From Comamonas serinivorans (lineage in GTDB: Bacteria; Pseudomonadota; Gammaproteobacteria; Burkholderiales; Burkholderiaceae_C), in contig NZ_CP021455.1 of NCBI RefSeq assembly GCF_002158865.1, positions 1,096,835 through 1,160,834 on the forward strand: 64,000 nt of DNA, read 5' to 3'. The notes under the pieces were generated by a model that saw only the letters and a list, made by a program, of their open reading frames with translations, was not told the DNA's origin and ran no database searches. Both the position numbers and the translations under genes were made by a program. Shown here in pieces: positions 51,771-62,808 of this stretch. The stretch's first letter is position 1; each line of letters begins with the position of its first letter.

Positions 51771-52634
51771 ATGGGCAACAGGGCATGCGCAAGCGGGGGC
51801 CGGTGCGGCGTGTTGGTCATCGGCGCCTGGCTGGCGGGCAGTGCCGCGGCGGCGGTGGTCACCACGCCGGCCGGGGTGCTGGTGGGGCCGGCCGGCGATG
51901 CGCCGGTGGCCGAGGTCTGGCAGCGCACCAACGTGCGCGTCGGGTCGTCGGCGGGCATCACGGCGGACTACCCGAACGCCAGCACGGCGTCGGGCCTGTT
52001 GACCTCGGACAGCGTGAACGGCAAGGCCGACTGGCAGTACCTGGCCGCCACCCCCTTGGGCCCCCTGAGCAGCTTCCGCTCGGCCACCTACCAGTGGTAC
52101 CGCGACGGCGCCAGCACCGTGGCGGGGCATTTCAGCCCGTTGCTGCGCATGCTGGTCGATGTGGATGGCAACCCGGCCACCACAGACCTGGCCTGGGTCA
52201 TTTACGAACGCGGCGCCATCGATGCCGTGACCCCGGTGCCAACCGACACCTGGGTCACCGAAACCATCGACGGCGACACGCGGGTGTGGGTGCATCAGGT
52301 GGGCTCGACCAACAACCAGGTGCCCTACACGCGGATGGCGGACTTCGCCGCCGGCACGCATGTGCCCGAAGCCGGCGGCACCCAGATCACGGGCGCCAGC
52401 CTGATCCTGGGCTTGCAGGCGGGCATCGGCTCGGGCTGGGACGGCGTGTTTCGCGGCGCGGTCGACCACATCGGCCTGGTGGCCCAGCGCAGCCTGGGGC
52501 CGGACAACTTCGAGCTGGCGCCCCCACCGCCGAGTCCCGCGCCCGCGGCCGTGCCGGCCGCATCGTGGTGGAGCCTGCTGGGACTGGGCAGCCTGCTGGT
52601 CTGCTGGGGCGCGTGGCGCCGCCGCAGGGCTTGA
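51771..52634 (+). CDS. secreted protein with C-terminal IPTL/PEP-CTERM-like sorting signal
   Basis: N-terminal signal; C-term VPAASWWSLLGLGSLLVCWGAWRRRRA (motif, TM helix, Arg cluster). Confidence 0.5.
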   Translation: MGNRACASGGRCGVLVIGAWLAGSAAAAVVTTPAGVLVGPAGDAPVAEVWQRTNVRVGSSAGITADYPNASTASGLLTSDSVNGKADWQYLAATPLGPLSSFRSATYQWYRDGASTVAGHFSPLLRMLVDVDGNPATTDLAWVIYERGAIDAVTPVPTDTWVTETIDGDTRVWVHQVGSTNNQVPYTRMADFAAGTHVPEAGGTQITGASLILGLQAGIGSGWDGVFRGAVDHIGLVAQRSLGPDNFELAPPPPSPAPAAVPAASWWSLLGLGSLLVCWGAWRRRRA

Positions 52635-52901
52635 TGCACACGGGCTTGGCGTGGCTGGACGATGGCCTGGCCCACCAAGCCGCGCAGGACCTGGCCTCGG
52701 GCGGCGCGGCGTGCGCCCGCGCGCTCGCGTTGGTTCGGCCTCGCGTCCAACCGCCTGGTGCCCGCAGCACCCACCGCACGGCGGGCACAGGCCCGGCGAA
52801 AGCCTGGCCGGATCGGCACGGGAGCCGGCCGCGGCCGCACGCATACCCGTGAAGGCTGGATGAGGGCTGCATTCACTCCCGGGCGTCGTGACCGCCCGGG
52901 C

Positions 52902-53345
52902 TCACGCCAGGTACTGCGCGGCGAACTCGGCGCTGGGGGCAATGGGCGTGATCACGTCGATCAGCGTGCCCTCGGGCCCCTGGGCGATGAAGTGGCGCTG
53001 GCCAAAGGCCTCGCTGCGCAGCGGCAGCAGGATGGGCAGCACCTCGCGCAGGCGCGCCCACTCGGCGTCCACGTCCGCCACCTCCAGGTTCAGCAGCAGG
53101 CCGTGCGCCCGGGCGCCGCGCTGGGCTGCGGGCACGGTGTCGTGGCTGGCGTCCAGCACGGCCAGGTTGGCCTGAGGATTGCCCGCGGACTGCAGGTGCA
53201 CGTACCAGCTGCTCTCGAACAGGGCCTGAAAGTCGAAGTGGGTGCGGAAGAAGGTGGCGGTCTGCGCCACGTGGGCGGTCATCAGCACCGGGTAGAACGA
53301 GCGGATGGGCGACGCGGTGACAGGGCTGGCAGCAGGGGAGGGCAT
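52902..53345 (-). CDS. VOC/glyoxalase-family protein
   Basis: ~148 aa, glyoxalase-fold-like pattern. Confidence 0.6.
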   Translation of the reverse strand: MPSPAASPVTASPIRSFYPVLMTAHVAQTATFFRTHFDFQALFESSWYVHLQSAGNPQANLAVLDASHDTVPAAQRGARAHGLLLNLEVADVDAEWARLREVLPILLPLRSEAFGQRHFIAQGPEGTLIDVITPIAPSAEFAAQYLA

Positions 53346-53357
53346 GGCGATTCCTTC

Positions 53358-53397
53358 AAAACATACAATCTGCATGTCTAAAGATTAAAACATACAG
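53358..53397. promoter_or_regulatory. candidate TetR operator: AAAACATACA direct repeat x2 and AATCT..AGATT palindrome
   Basis: AT-rich divergent region between VOC and TetR genes. Confidence 0.3.
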
Positions 53398-53406
53398 GCT
53401 GCACGC

Positions 53407-54000
53407 ATGCAAGACAAGCCCACCCGAACCAACGCCGAACGCACGCAGGCCACGCGCGGTGCCCTCCTCACCGCGGCCCGCGCGCTGTTTGTGCAGCGCG
53501 GGTATGCCGACACCAGCACGCCCGAGATCGTGGCCGCCGCCGAGGTCACGCGCGGCGCGCTGTACCACCACTTCGCGGACAAGCGGGCGCTGTTCCTGGC
53601 CGTGGCGCAGGCTTCGGCGTTCGAGGTGGCCGAGGCCGTGGCGCACGCGAGCGACGGGGCCCCCGATGCCGTGCAGGCCCTGAACCGGGGCGCGCAGGCC
53701 TACCTGCAAGCCATGGCCGAGGCCGGGCGCGCGCGCGTGCTGCTCGTCGAGGCGCCGGCGGTGCTGTCGGCACCCGAGCTGCTGGCCCTGAGCGACCAGG
53801 CGGGTGCCCAGGCCTTGGCGCAGGGCCTGGGCGAGTTGTTTGGCGAGCGGGGCGTGGCGGTGCCCGCCGACGAACTGCATGCGCTGGCCCAGCTGTTGTC
53901 GGCCGCGTTCGACCGCATGGCCCTGGCGCTGGCGCGGGGCGAGGCGGTCGAACCCTATGCGGCCGCCATGCAGCGCCTGCTGGCGGGCTTGGCGGGCTGA
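53407..54000 (+). CDS. TetR/AcrR-family transcriptional regulator
   Basis: N-terminal TetR HTH (TRGALLTAARALFVQRGYADTSTPEIVAAAEVTRGALYHHF). Confidence 0.85.
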   Translation: MQDKPTRTNAERTQATRGALLTAARALFVQRGYADTSTPEIVAAAEVTRGALYHHFADKRALFLAVAQASAFEVAEAVAHASDGAPDAVQALNRGAQAYLQAMAEAGRARVLLVEAPAVLSAPELLALSDQAGAQALAQGLGELFGERGVAVPADELHALAQLLSAAFDRMALALARGEAVEPYAAAMQRLLAGLAG

Positions 54001-54053
54001 GGAAGGCCTTTGGCGCGGGGCCGCTGCAGAAGCCGTGCTGCGCCGTTGTGGAG

Positions 54054-54108
54054 GATGAGTATCAGCCCATTGCCGTTCATCAACAAACGGTGATGGGGTG
54101 ATACGGTC
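54054..54108. repeat. R1 repeat unit
   Basis: GATGAGTATCAGCCCA TTGCCGTTcatcaacaAACGGtgATGG GGTGATACGGTC. Confidence 0.6.
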
Positions 54109-54127
54109 TGAAAATGGTTGAGGCCTG

Positions 54128-55264
54128 TCAAACGCCCATCTGGTCGAGTGCGGCCTGAAGCTGTGCCACGCTGCGGTCCACGTTGCCCCACTTGTCCAGG
54201 CCGAACAACCCGAGGCGGAAGGTCCGGAAGTCCGGCCCTTCGCCGCATTGCAGCGGCACGCCGGCGGCGGCCTGAACGCCCACGGCTGCGAACTTGCGCG
54301 TGTTCTGGATGTCCGGGTCGCTGGTGTAGCTCACCACCACGCCGGGCGACTGGAAGCCCGCGGCTGCCACGCTGGGGAAGCCGCGTGATTCGAGCAGGGC
54401 CCGCACCTGCGTGCCCAGCGCGATCTGCTGGTCGCGCAGCGTGGCCAGGCCGCGGTCGCGCGCTTCGAGCATGGTGTCGCGCACCTGGGCCAGTGCATCC
54501 GTGGGCATGGTGGTGTGGTAGGCGTGCTGGCCATTCACATAGCCTTCGGCGATCTGCAGCCACTTCTTCAGATCGCAGGCAAAGCTGGAACTGGTGGTGC
54601 CGTCGATGGCGGCGCGGGCACGCTCGTTCAGCATGACGAAGGCGCCGCAGGGCGAGGCGCTCCAGCCCTTTTGCGGGGCGCTGATGAGCACGTCGACGCC
54701 GGTTGCCGCCATGTCCACCCAGATCGCGCCCGAGGCGATGCAGTCCAGCACGAACAGCGCACCCACCTCGTGCGCGGCGTCGGCCACCGTGCGCAGGTAG
54801 TCGTCGGGCAGCAGGATGCCGCTGGCGGTTTCGCAATGCGGGGCGAACACGACCTTGGGCTTTTCGGCGCGGATGGTGGCCGCCACCTCGTCCGCCGGCA
54901 TGGGTGTCCAGGGCGCCTGCGGGCCGCTGCCGACCTGGCGGGCCGCGCAGACGGTGGCGCCGCCATTCAGGCCGAAATGGCCCATGTCGAAGATCTGCGA
55001 CCAGCGGAAGCTGAAGAAGCCGTTGCGCACGATGAGCACCTTTTCGCCGTTGGCGAACTGGCGGGCCACGGCCTCCATGCCGAAGGTGCCGCTGCCGGGC
55101 ACGATGGCTGCGGTGTGGGCGTTGTAGGTGGTCTTCAGCGTGGCCAGGATGTCCTGCATGACGCCGATGAAGCGCTGGGACATGTGGTTGAGCGCGCGGT
55201 CGGTGTACACGACCGAGAACTCGAGCAGGCCATCGGGGTCGACGTGGGGCAGCAGGGCGGGCAT
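54128..55264 (-). CDS. class V PLP-dependent aminotransferase (AGXT/PhnW-like)
   Basis: SAPQKGW lysine motif; start ATG 55264. Confidence 0.8.
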   Translation of the reverse strand: MPALLPHVDPDGLLEFSVVYTDRALNHMSQRFIGVMQDILATLKTTYNAHTAAIVPGSGTFGMEAVARQFANGEKVLIVRNGFFSFRWSQIFDMGHFGLNGGATVCAARQVGSGPQAPWTPMPADEVAATIRAEKPKVVFAPHCETASGILLPDDYLRTVADAAHEVGALFVLDCIASGAIWVDMAATGVDVLISAPQKGWSASPCGAFVMLNERARAAIDGTTSSSFACDLKKWLQIAEGYVNGQHAYHTTMPTDALAQVRDTMLEARDRGLATLRDQQIALGTQVRALLESRGFPSVAAAGFQSPGVVVSYTSDPDIQNTRKFAAVGVQAAAGVPLQCGEGPDFRTFRLGLFGLDKWGNVDRSVAQLQAALDQMGV

Positions 55265-55706
55265 GGGGGTCTCCGGGTGTGGGGTGGGCAATCGGCGTGC
55301 GGACGGTGCGACCGTGCGCGGTCTGCGCCGCAGGGCGCGCGGTGCGGGAACCTGGGGCCACCGGTTGGTGGCAGCGGCCCGATTCTAGGGCGTGCCTTCA
55401 GGTGCAGCGGCGGCCCGGCTGGGCGGGTTGGGCGGCATGGCTGCGGGCGGGTGCCGCTGTGCAAGGCATCGCCCGGGCGGTCGAGGCATCTTGGCCAGAG
55501 ATGGGTCGGGGCGGTCAGGTCGCGGCGGCTGAGCGATGGCGCCACGCTGGCGATGCTGCACGCCTTTTTCCGTCTCACCTGGGCTGTGCGCGGCCCGACG
55601 TGCTTGCCGCCATGGCGTTCAGCGTGGTGGGCCATTTCGCATCGCCGGCATCGGCGGTATGGGTGGGACGTGTGTGGCGTGAATGGCCAGTTCTGAGGTT
55701 TTGATG

Positions 55707-55759
55707 TGAGTATGGCCTCATTCCCGTTGTTCATTGAACGGGAACGAGGCCATACTCAT
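55707..55759. repeat. R1 repeat unit (reverse orientation, near-perfect)
   Basis: GTGAGTATGGCCTCATTCCCGTTgttcattgAACGGGAAcGAGGCCATACTCAT. Confidence 0.75.
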
Positions 55760-55796
55760 GTGCCATGATTCGCGCCACGCGTCAGCGCGCCGCTGC

Positions 55797-57044
55797 TTAC
55801 AGCCCGGTTTCCAGCGCCAGCAGGTCGTCCACGGTCTGGCGGCGGCGAATCAGCCGCGCCTGGCCGCCATCGACCAGCACCTCGGCCGCCAGCGGGCGCG
55901 TGTTGTAGTTGCTGGACATGCTGGCGCCATACGCGCCGGTGTCGTGAATCACCAGCAAGTCGCCGACCTGCGCGGCCGGCAGCATGCGCGGCAGCACCAC
56001 GCCGCCTTCGCCCTGGGTGAACACGTCCCCCGATTCGCACAGCGGGCCCGCCACCACGCTGGCCACCTCGGCGGCCTGGCTGCCATCCCGGCGCAGCAGG
56101 CCCATGGCGTGGTAGCTGCCGTACATGGAGGGGCGCATCAGTTCGTTGAAGCCCGTGTCGACCAGCACGAAATGCGAGCGGCCCTGGTTCTTGACGGCGC
56201 GCACCTGGCCCAGCAGCACGCCCGATTCGGCCACGAGGAAACGGCCGGGCTCGATCTCCAGGTGCAGGGCATGGCCCACGATGGCCTCGGCCTGCTGACG
56301 CGCGGCATGCCACAGGCTGAAGTAGTGCGCGGTGTCGATGCGATCGCCCCCCGCCTGGTAGGGGATGGACAGCCCGCCGCCGGCCGACAGGGCCTGCAGG
56401 TCCATGCCCGCGGCGCGGGTTTGCTCGACCAGGCCGACCATGGCGCCGCAGACGTTCTGCAGGTGGGCGTAGTCCACGCCCGAGCCGATGTGCATGTGCA
56501 GGCCGACCAGCGTCAAGCCATTGCGCTGCACGGCGGCCAGGGCCGCGGCCAGGTCGCCGTGCCAGATGCCGTGCTTGCTGTGCTCGCCGCCGGTGTTGGT
56601 CTTGTTGCTGTGGCCGTGGCCGAAGCCGGGGTTGATGCGCAGCCACACGGCATGGCCGGGCGAGGCCGCGCCGAGCTGGTCCAGCATGTCGATGGAGCCG
56701 GCGTTCACGGGCACGCGGTGTTCGACCACGGTGGCGAGCGTGGCCGGGTCGAACACGTCGGCCGTGAAGACGATGGGGGCGGGCTCGTCAAACCCGGGCT
56801 GGTAGCCGGCGGCCAGCGCGCGCAGGATCTCGCCGCGCGAGACGGCATCGACCCGGACGCCGCGCTCGCGCATCAGCGACAGGATGTGGATGTTGGAGCA
56901 GGCTTTTTGCGCAAAGCGCACGGTGTCGAAGGCCTGCAGCTGGGCGATGCGCTCGCGGATGGTGGCGGCGTCATACACCCACAGCGGGGTGCCGAACTCG
57001 TCGGCCAGGGCCCAGAGCTGGGCGGCAGAAAAAGGATTGGACAT
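55797..57044 (-). CDS. lysA: diaminopimelate decarboxylase
   Basis: PLP-binding barrel, HIGSG, C-terminal CESGD. Confidence 0.9.
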   Translation of the reverse strand: MSNPFSAAQLWALADEFGTPLWVYDAATIRERIAQLQAFDTVRFAQKACSNIHILSLMRERGVRVDAVSRGEILRALAAGYQPGFDEPAPIVFTADVFDPATLATVVEHRVPVNAGSIDMLDQLGAASPGHAVWLRINPGFGHGHSNKTNTGGEHSKHGIWHGDLAAALAAVQRNGLTLVGLHMHIGSGVDYAHLQNVCGAMVGLVEQTRAAGMDLQALSAGGGLSIPYQAGGDRIDTAHYFSLWHAARQQAEAIVGHALHLEIEPGRFLVAESGVLLGQVRAVKNQGRSHFVLVDTGFNELMRPSMYGSYHAMGLLRRDGSQAAEVASVVAGPLCESGDVFTQGEGGVVLPRMLPAAQVGDLLVIHDTGAYGASMSSNYNTRPLAAEVLVDGGQARLIRRRQTVDDLLALETGL

Positions 57045-57232
57045 GGGCAGGTGGCGTGGCGTCGGCCGGTGCAAGGCTGCGTGGCCGGTGAACCCGCGAT
57101 TGTCGCCGCAACGGCGCCAGGGGGCGCCGTGCGGGTGTGTCATTGAGGCGATGCAACAGGCGCCGGTGGCCTGCAGGCCATGGGCGGCATCGGCGGCCTT
57201 GCGCCGTGCGGGCTTGCCTGGGTGTCAGCCCC

Positions 57233-58801
57233 TTATCCGTTGTCGTCGCCGCCCTCGGGCAGGCGCTCGATCCGCACGGTCTTGATGCGCTGGGGATCCA
57301 CCTCGTCCACCGTGAACGCGTAGCCCTGGTGAACCGTGCTGGCGCCGCGCGCGGGCAGCTCACCAAACACGCGCAGCAGGTAGCCGGCCAGCGAATAGGC
57401 CTCGCTGCCCTGCACCAGGCCGTCCACGCCGAGGGTGCTTTCCAGCTGGTGCAGGTCAGCCGTGCCGGCCACGCGCCAGCGCCCGTCGCCGGCCGGCTGG
57501 ATCTCCAGCTGTTCGTCCTCGTCGGGGAATTCGCCGGCAATCGCTTCCAGCACGTCGATGGGGGTGACGATGCCCTTGAGGGTGCCGTCCTCGTCGTTGA
57601 CCAGCACCAGTTGGCCCTTGGCGCTTCGCAACACGCCGATCACGTCGATGACCAGCATGGATTCGGGCACGAACACGGGCTGGCGCAGGTAGCCGTTGGG
57701 CTCCAGCCGGCCCCTCTCTTCGATGGCGCCGAGCAGGTCCTTGGCGCGGGCCACGCCCAGCACCTGGTCCAGCGAGCCCTGGCACACCGGGTACATGCCG
57801 TGCGGCGCGGCCAGCAGCTTGCGTCGGTTCACGGCGCCATCGTCATCGACGTCCACCCACGAGATGTTGGAGCGCAAGGTCATGATGGAGCGCACGTTGC
57901 GCTCGGCCAGGCGCAGCACGCCGCCCACCATGTGGCGCTCTTCGGCCGCGAAGGCCGGTTCCGGGGCATCCGGCTCGGCTCCGCCACCCGCGGTGGCCGC
58001 CTGGGTGGCCTGCGCCGTCGTGCGGTGCCCCAACAGGCTCAGCACGCGCTCGGCCGTGCGTTGGCGCAGTGGCAGGCGCGCCTCGTGCTTGGCCGCGTTG
58101 CGGTTGGCCAGCTGGTTGAAGAACTCGATCAGGATGGAGAAACCGATCGCCGCGTACAGGTAGCCCTTGGGCAGGTGGAAGCCCAGGCCCTCGGCCACCA
58201 GCGACAAGCCGATCATGAGCAGGAAGCTCAGGCACAGCACGACGACGGTGGGGTGCGCGTTGACGAAGCGCGTGAGCGGCTTGGAGGCCAGCAGCATCAC
58301 GCCGATGGAGATGACCACGGCGGCCATCATCACGGGCAGCTGGTCCACCATGCCGACGGCGGTGATCACGGCGTCGAGCGAGAACACCGCGTCGAGCACC
58401 ACGATCTGCGCCACCACGAGCGAGAAGCTCGAGTAGGCGACTGTGGCGGTGGCCTGGTGCTGCACGCCTTCCAGCCGCTCGTGCAACTCCGAGGTGGCCT
58501 TGAACAGCAGGAACAGGCCGCCAAAGAGCAGGATCAGGTCGCGTCCCGAGAACGGATGGCCGAACACGTGGAACAGCGGTGACGTGAGCGTCACCAGCCA
58601 GGAGATCACCGACAGCAGGCCCAGGCGCATGATCAGCGCGAGGCTCAGTCCGATCACGCGGGCGCGGTCACGCTGGTGCGGCGGCAGCTTCTCGGCCAGG
58701 ATGGCGATGAAGATCAGGTTGTCGATGCCCAGGACGATTTCCAGGACGACGAGCGTGGCCAGGCCGACCCAGACGGCCGGGTCGGTCAGTAATTCAAGCA
58801 T
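57233..58801 (-). CDS. TerC-family membrane protein with CBS pair and CorC/HlyC C-terminal domain
   Basis: N-terminal TerC TM core, two CBS motifs, C-terminal transporter-associated domain. Confidence 0.85.
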   Translation of the reverse strand: MLELLTDPAVWVGLATLVVLEIVLGIDNLIFIAILAEKLPPHQRDRARVIGLSLALIMRLGLLSVISWLVTLTSPLFHVFGHPFSGRDLILLFGGLFLLFKATSELHERLEGVQHQATATVAYSSFSLVVAQIVVLDAVFSLDAVITAVGMVDQLPVMMAAVVISIGVMLLASKPLTRFVNAHPTVVVLCLSFLLMIGLSLVAEGLGFHLPKGYLYAAIGFSILIEFFNQLANRNAAKHEARLPLRQRTAERVLSLLGHRTTAQATQAATAGGGAEPDAPEPAFAAEERHMVGGVLRLAERNVRSIMTLRSNISWVDVDDDGAVNRRKLLAAPHGMYPVCQGSLDQVLGVARAKDLLGAIEERGRLEPNGYLRQPVFVPESMLVIDVIGVLRSAKGQLVLVNDEDGTLKGIVTPIDVLEAIAGEFPDEDEQLEIQPAGDGRWRVAGTADLHQLESTLGVDGLVQGSEAYSLAGYLLRVFGELPARGASTVHQGYAFTVDEVDPQRIKTVRIERLPEGGDDNG

Positions 58802-59112
58802 GGTGGGGATGGGTTAGGCGCGAGACCGGCCAGGCCGGCAAGGGCTGCCGGCAGCGGTGCGCACAAGAAGATGGGGGACGACCAGCACGGGATGCTGGCG
58901 GGTGGTGTCGAGCAAGGCCGTCGACTGGGGGGCTCGGCGTCGCTTGACGCAGAAGGAGAGTCCATGCGCAAAATTTTATCGGGGCCTCGAATGTCCCCGA
59001 GAGGCCCGGGCCGAAGGGGGCTTTAGCGGGCCGCCGAAGGCTGGTGCCATCGACCGGATGTCCGACAGGCATGGTCGGTCCTTCTATGCTTGGCCGTTTG
59101 AGCGGATCTCGC

Positions 59113-59703
59113 ATGCACCTTTTTCCACCGGCACACCCCTTGCTCACGCCGCGGCTGCAACTGCGGCGTTTTCGCGACACCGACTTCGCCGCGTATGCCG
59201 CCTACCACGGTGACCCGCAGGTGTACCGCTTTCTGTACCAGGCCGCACCCGAGGCCGACCGGCTGGGAACGCAGTTCGCCGAGGTGTTGCGCGCACCGTT
59301 CGACGGCGATGGGCACGCCTTGCGCCTGGCGGCCGTGCGCCAGGCCGATGAGGCCGTTGTCGGTGAGGTGCTGCTCAAGATCGCCAGCCTCGCGGCCTTG
59401 CAGCTGGAGGTGGGCTACATCTTCAACCCGCGCTTTGGCGGCCAGGGCTATGCGACTGAGGCGGTGCGCGCCCTGCTGAATTGGGGCTTCGAGGGCATGG
59501 GCGCCCACCGGATCTTTGCGCGGCTGGATGCGCTCAACACGGCCTCTGTCAAGGTGGTGGAGCGCCTGGGCATGCGCCGGGAAGCCCACTTGATCCAGAA
59601 CGACCGGTTCAACGGTGTCTGGGGAGACGAGTACATCCATGCGTTGTTGCGGTCCGAGTGGCCGCAGGTGGCTGTGTGCCCTGGCCAGGGCCCAGCAGGA
59701 TGA
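59113..59703 (+). CDS. GNAT-family N-acetyltransferase
   Basis: RimJ/RimL-like acetyl-CoA motif (FNPRFGGQGYATEAVRALLNWGF). Confidence 0.75.
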   Translation: MHLFPPAHPLLTPRLQLRRFRDTDFAAYAAYHGDPQVYRFLYQAAPEADRLGTQFAEVLRAPFDGDGHALRLAAVRQADEAVVGEVLLKIASLAALQLEVGYIFNPRFGGQGYATEAVRALLNWGFEGMGAHRIFARLDALNTASVKVVERLGMRREAHLIQNDRFNGVWGDEYIHALLRSEWPQVAVCPGQGPAG

Positions 59704-60044
59704 GGTGTTCGGCCTGGGGCAGGCCAGATGCCGGTCGAGCGACCCGGCCTCGGTCCCGATGATGGGGTGGCGAGGCATCGCAGCGCCATCTTGGGTGACT
59801 ACGCGATGGCATCGCCCATGGCGAACACCCTCTGCATGACGTGGGCGGCCACGGGTGTGAGGCTGCGTCTTGCCTGCGCGACCTGGCCGGGGGTCTGCTG
59901 ATGGATGCCATCGGCGTCGTGGCCTTCGCGCCGGTGCTGCTGGCGCGGCGCTGCTGGGCGTGGCCCTGCTGCTGCAACGCAGATCGCCCGCTCACCCGGC
60001 GCTGCAAGCCTGCTGGGCCGTTGTCCAGCCATCCACATCGCAGT

Positions 60045-60100
60045 GCAATTCTTGTGCAGTATGGGTCAACTTCCGTTTGATTGACATCGGATATGCGGGT
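60045..60100. repeat. R1 repeat unit
   Basis: GTGCAGTATGGGTCAA CTTCCGTTTgattgacATCGGATATG CGGGTATACCCATG. Confidence 0.6.
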
Positions 60101-60149
60101 ATACCCATGTTGATGTGGCGTTTGCGGTGCCCGCCCCGAAGTCGGGTGA

Positions 60150-61547
60150 TCAGTCGCGTGCCGGGGCACCGCCTGCAGCCGGCTCCCCCGTGTCAGCGGC
60201 CCCAGCCTGGGGACCACCGGGCTCGGCATCCATGGAGAAGCCGATCGTCGTGCGGCCCTGGGCGGAATGGGCCGACGCCTGCCCGCCGTGCATGCGCGCA
60301 ACGGCGCTGACGATGGCCAGACCCAGGCCGTGGTGGCGGGCGGCGTCGGTGCGCGCGGCATCCACGCGGTAGAAGCGGTCGAACAGGTGCGGCAGGTGGC
60401 TGGCATCCAGGGGCGCGCCCTGGTTGCTCACCGCCAGCGTCACCTGGCCGTTGCCAGGGACGATGTCGATGCAGAGGTCGGAGCCCGCATCGGCATGGCG
60501 CACGGCATTCGACAGCAGGTTGGACAGGGCGCGCTCCACCAGCGGCTGGTCCAAGGCGCCGACGTGGTCGCCCCGAATCCGCAGGCCCAGACCGGCCTCG
60601 GCCAACTCGGCTTCGTGGTAGCTGGCGACCCGCTGTGCCACCGCAGCCAGGCTGGCGGGTGGGCCGCGCCGTGCGAGCGCCCCGCGGTCGGCCCGGGACA
60701 GGAACAACATGTCCTGAACGATGCTGGCCATGCGGTGCAGCTCTTCGAGGTTGGCGCCCAGCGTGTCGCGCAGGGTGCCCGCATCGCGTTGCCGCCGCAG
60801 GGCAATCTCGGTGCCGCCGATGAGGTTTGCCAACGGGGTGCACAGCTCATGCGCCACGTCGGCGTTGAAGCCCTCCAGCTGCTGGTAGGCGTGCTCCAGG
60901 CGCTCCAGCAGCGCGTTGAACTGCTCGACCAGGGGCCGCAGCTCGTCGGGCTGGCCGGCGAGCAGAAGGCGTTGGTGCAGGGTGTCGGCGCTGAGCTGGC
61001 GTGCCTGGTCGGTCAGCAGCCGCAAGGGGCGCAGGCCCTGCCGCACCAGGACAAAGCCGCCGGCCGAGATCAGCGCGGCCCCGATCACGCTCGCCAGCAC
61101 CAGGATCCAGGCGATGCGGGCCAGCAGCACTTGGTCGTCGTCGATCGACAGGCCGAGTTGGCCGCTCACCCGGGGTCGGCCTGCACCCGGCACACCCGGC
61201 AGGGCGCTCTCGATGGCCCGGGTGCGTTGGGCACGGCGGGGCACGTCGCCCGCTGGCGGGCGTGCATAGAACACCGTGCCGTCGGCGTGGCGCAGCACCA
61301 GCGACATGTCGCCATGCCCGAGCAGGAACTCATCGAGCCGATGGCGCAGGTCCGCCGCGCTGGACTCCGCGAACAGGTGCGCGAGCAGGGTGGTTTTCTC
61401 GTCGAGGAAGCGCGTCTGCCGCGATTCCAGCCCCATCGCAATCGCGGCATAGATGGCGAGGCAGATGGCGGCCAGGCCGGCCAGGCTTTGCAACGCCAGC
61501 CACATCGACAGGCGTCGGCCCAGGGAATGAGGGCTGTGCGCTGTCAC
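60150..61547 (-). CDS. heavy-metal sensor histidine kinase (CusS/CopS-like)
   Basis: 2 TM, HAMP, H-box VAHELCTPL, HATPase motifs. Confidence 0.85.
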   Translation of the reverse strand: MTAHSPHSLGRRLSMWLALQSLAGLAAICLAIYAAIAMGLESRQTRFLDEKTTLLAHLFAESSAADLRHRLDEFLLGHGDMSLVLRHADGTVFYARPPAGDVPRRAQRTRAIESALPGVPGAGRPRVSGQLGLSIDDDQVLLARIAWILVLASVIGAALISAGGFVLVRQGLRPLRLLTDQARQLSADTLHQRLLLAGQPDELRPLVEQFNALLERLEHAYQQLEGFNADVAHELCTPLANLIGGTEIALRRQRDAGTLRDTLGANLEELHRMASIVQDMLFLSRADRGALARRGPPASLAAVAQRVASYHEAELAEAGLGLRIRGDHVGALDQPLVERALSNLLSNAVRHADAGSDLCIDIVPGNGQVTLAVSNQGAPLDASHLPHLFDRFYRVDAARTDAARHHGLGLAIVSAVARMHGGQASAHSAQGRTTIGFSMDAEPGGPQAGAADTGEPAAGGAPARD

Positions 61548-62233
61548 GTCGAACGGGGCTCCAGGACGTAGCCCATGCCGCGAACCGTGTGCAACAGGGG
61601 GTGCGAAAACGGCTCGTCTATCTTGCTGCGGAGTCGGCGCACGGCCACGTCGATCACGTTCGTGCCATGGTCGAAGTTCACGTCCCAGACCTGCTCGGCG
61701 ATCTCGGTGCGCGACAAGACCTCGCCCGTGCGCCGCATCAGCAACGACAGCAGCTGGAACTCCTTGGCCGACAGGTCCAGCCGCCTGCCGTTCCGCGTGG
61801 CGCGCCGGCGGACCAGGTCCAGGTGCAGATCGGCCACGGTCAGCTGCAGCGTGTCGGCCAGGCCCGGCGCGGTCGCGCGCCGCAGCAGCACCTCGATGCG
61901 GGCCAGCAGCTCGGTGAACGCAAACGGCTTGACGAGGTAGTCGTCGGCGCCGGCCTTGAGCCCCTGCACGCGGTCTTCGACCTGGCCCCGTGCGGTCAGC
62001 ATCAGGATGGGGATGTGGGCCCGCGGTGACTGCCGGAGCGCCGCCAGCACCCCCAGGCCATCGATGCCGGGCAGCATGCCGTCCAACACGATGAGGTCGT
62101 GGTGGCCTTCGGTCGCAAGGTGCAGGCCATCGATGCCGTTGTGCGTCACCTCCACCACATAGCCTTCTTCGCCCAGCCCCTTGCGCAGGTAATCGGCCAG
62201 CTTGACCTCGTCTTCGACCACCAGGATCTTCAT
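61544..62233 (-). CDS. heavy-metal response regulator (OmpR family, CusR/CopR-like)
   Basis: MKILVVEDE.. receiver + winged helix; overlaps kinase start by 4 nt. Confidence 0.9.
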   Translation of the reverse strand: MKILVVEDEVKLADYLRKGLGEEGYVVEVTHNGIDGLHLATEGHHDLIVLDGMLPGIDGLGVLAALRQSPRAHIPILMLTARGQVEDRVQGLKAGADDYLVKPFAFTELLARIEVLLRRATAPGLADTLQLTVADLHLDLVRRRATRNGRRLDLSAKEFQLLSLLMRRTGEVLSRTEIAEQVWDVNFDHGTNVIDVAVRRLRSKIDEPFSHPLLHTVRGMGYVLEPRST

Positions 62234-62392
62234 GGCGCGATCCGATCCGTGGCGCGCCTCTGACATGACAGAACTGTCATCTGCCGGACCCGTTCCTGTT
62301 GGGTGCGGCTTCCTACAGTGGCCCCCATGCCTCGTGGCATGCGAGACGCGTTGAGAACACGTCCGCAATTTCCGCTGACAGGAGTGATCACC

Positions 62393-62716
62393 ATGAACAA
62401 GACTTTTTCCATTTTGACCATTGTCGCTGGCGTGCTGTCGGCCCCGGTGGCCGCGCATGCCGCATCGGCCTGGCACGAGGGCAACGGCAACGTGGTTCAG
62501 TTCACGCCCCACCACATCGGCTCCCAGCCGCGGGCCGAAGTGCAGGCCGACACCCGTGCGGCGCGCGAAGGCGGCACCCTGAGCACCTACCAGAGAGCGA
62601 TTCCCGTGCCGGGCAAAAGTTCGGCCAGCCCCAAGACGCGCGCCGAGGTGATCGAGGAGATGCGCACCCAGTCGCCGGAAGCCCGCCAGGCGTACAAGGC
62701 GCTGTACGGCGGCTGA
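62393..62716 (+). CDS. small secreted protein (DUF4148-like)
   Basis: Signal peptide; two TRA(E/A)V..E repeats typical of DUF4148. Confidence 0.5.
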   Translation: MNKTFSILTIVAGVLSAPVAAHAASAWHEGNGNVVQFTPHHIGSQPRAEVQADTRAAREGGTLSTYQRAIPVPGKSSASPKTRAEVIEEMRTQSPEARQAYKALYGG

Positions 62717-62808
62717 TCGCCGCCGGGGGGGCGCCGACGCGCGCCGCGCTCGCATCGTCCAGGCCTGGCAGACGGCCTGAGACGATCTCCCTACAATCGC
62801 CCTCGCTC

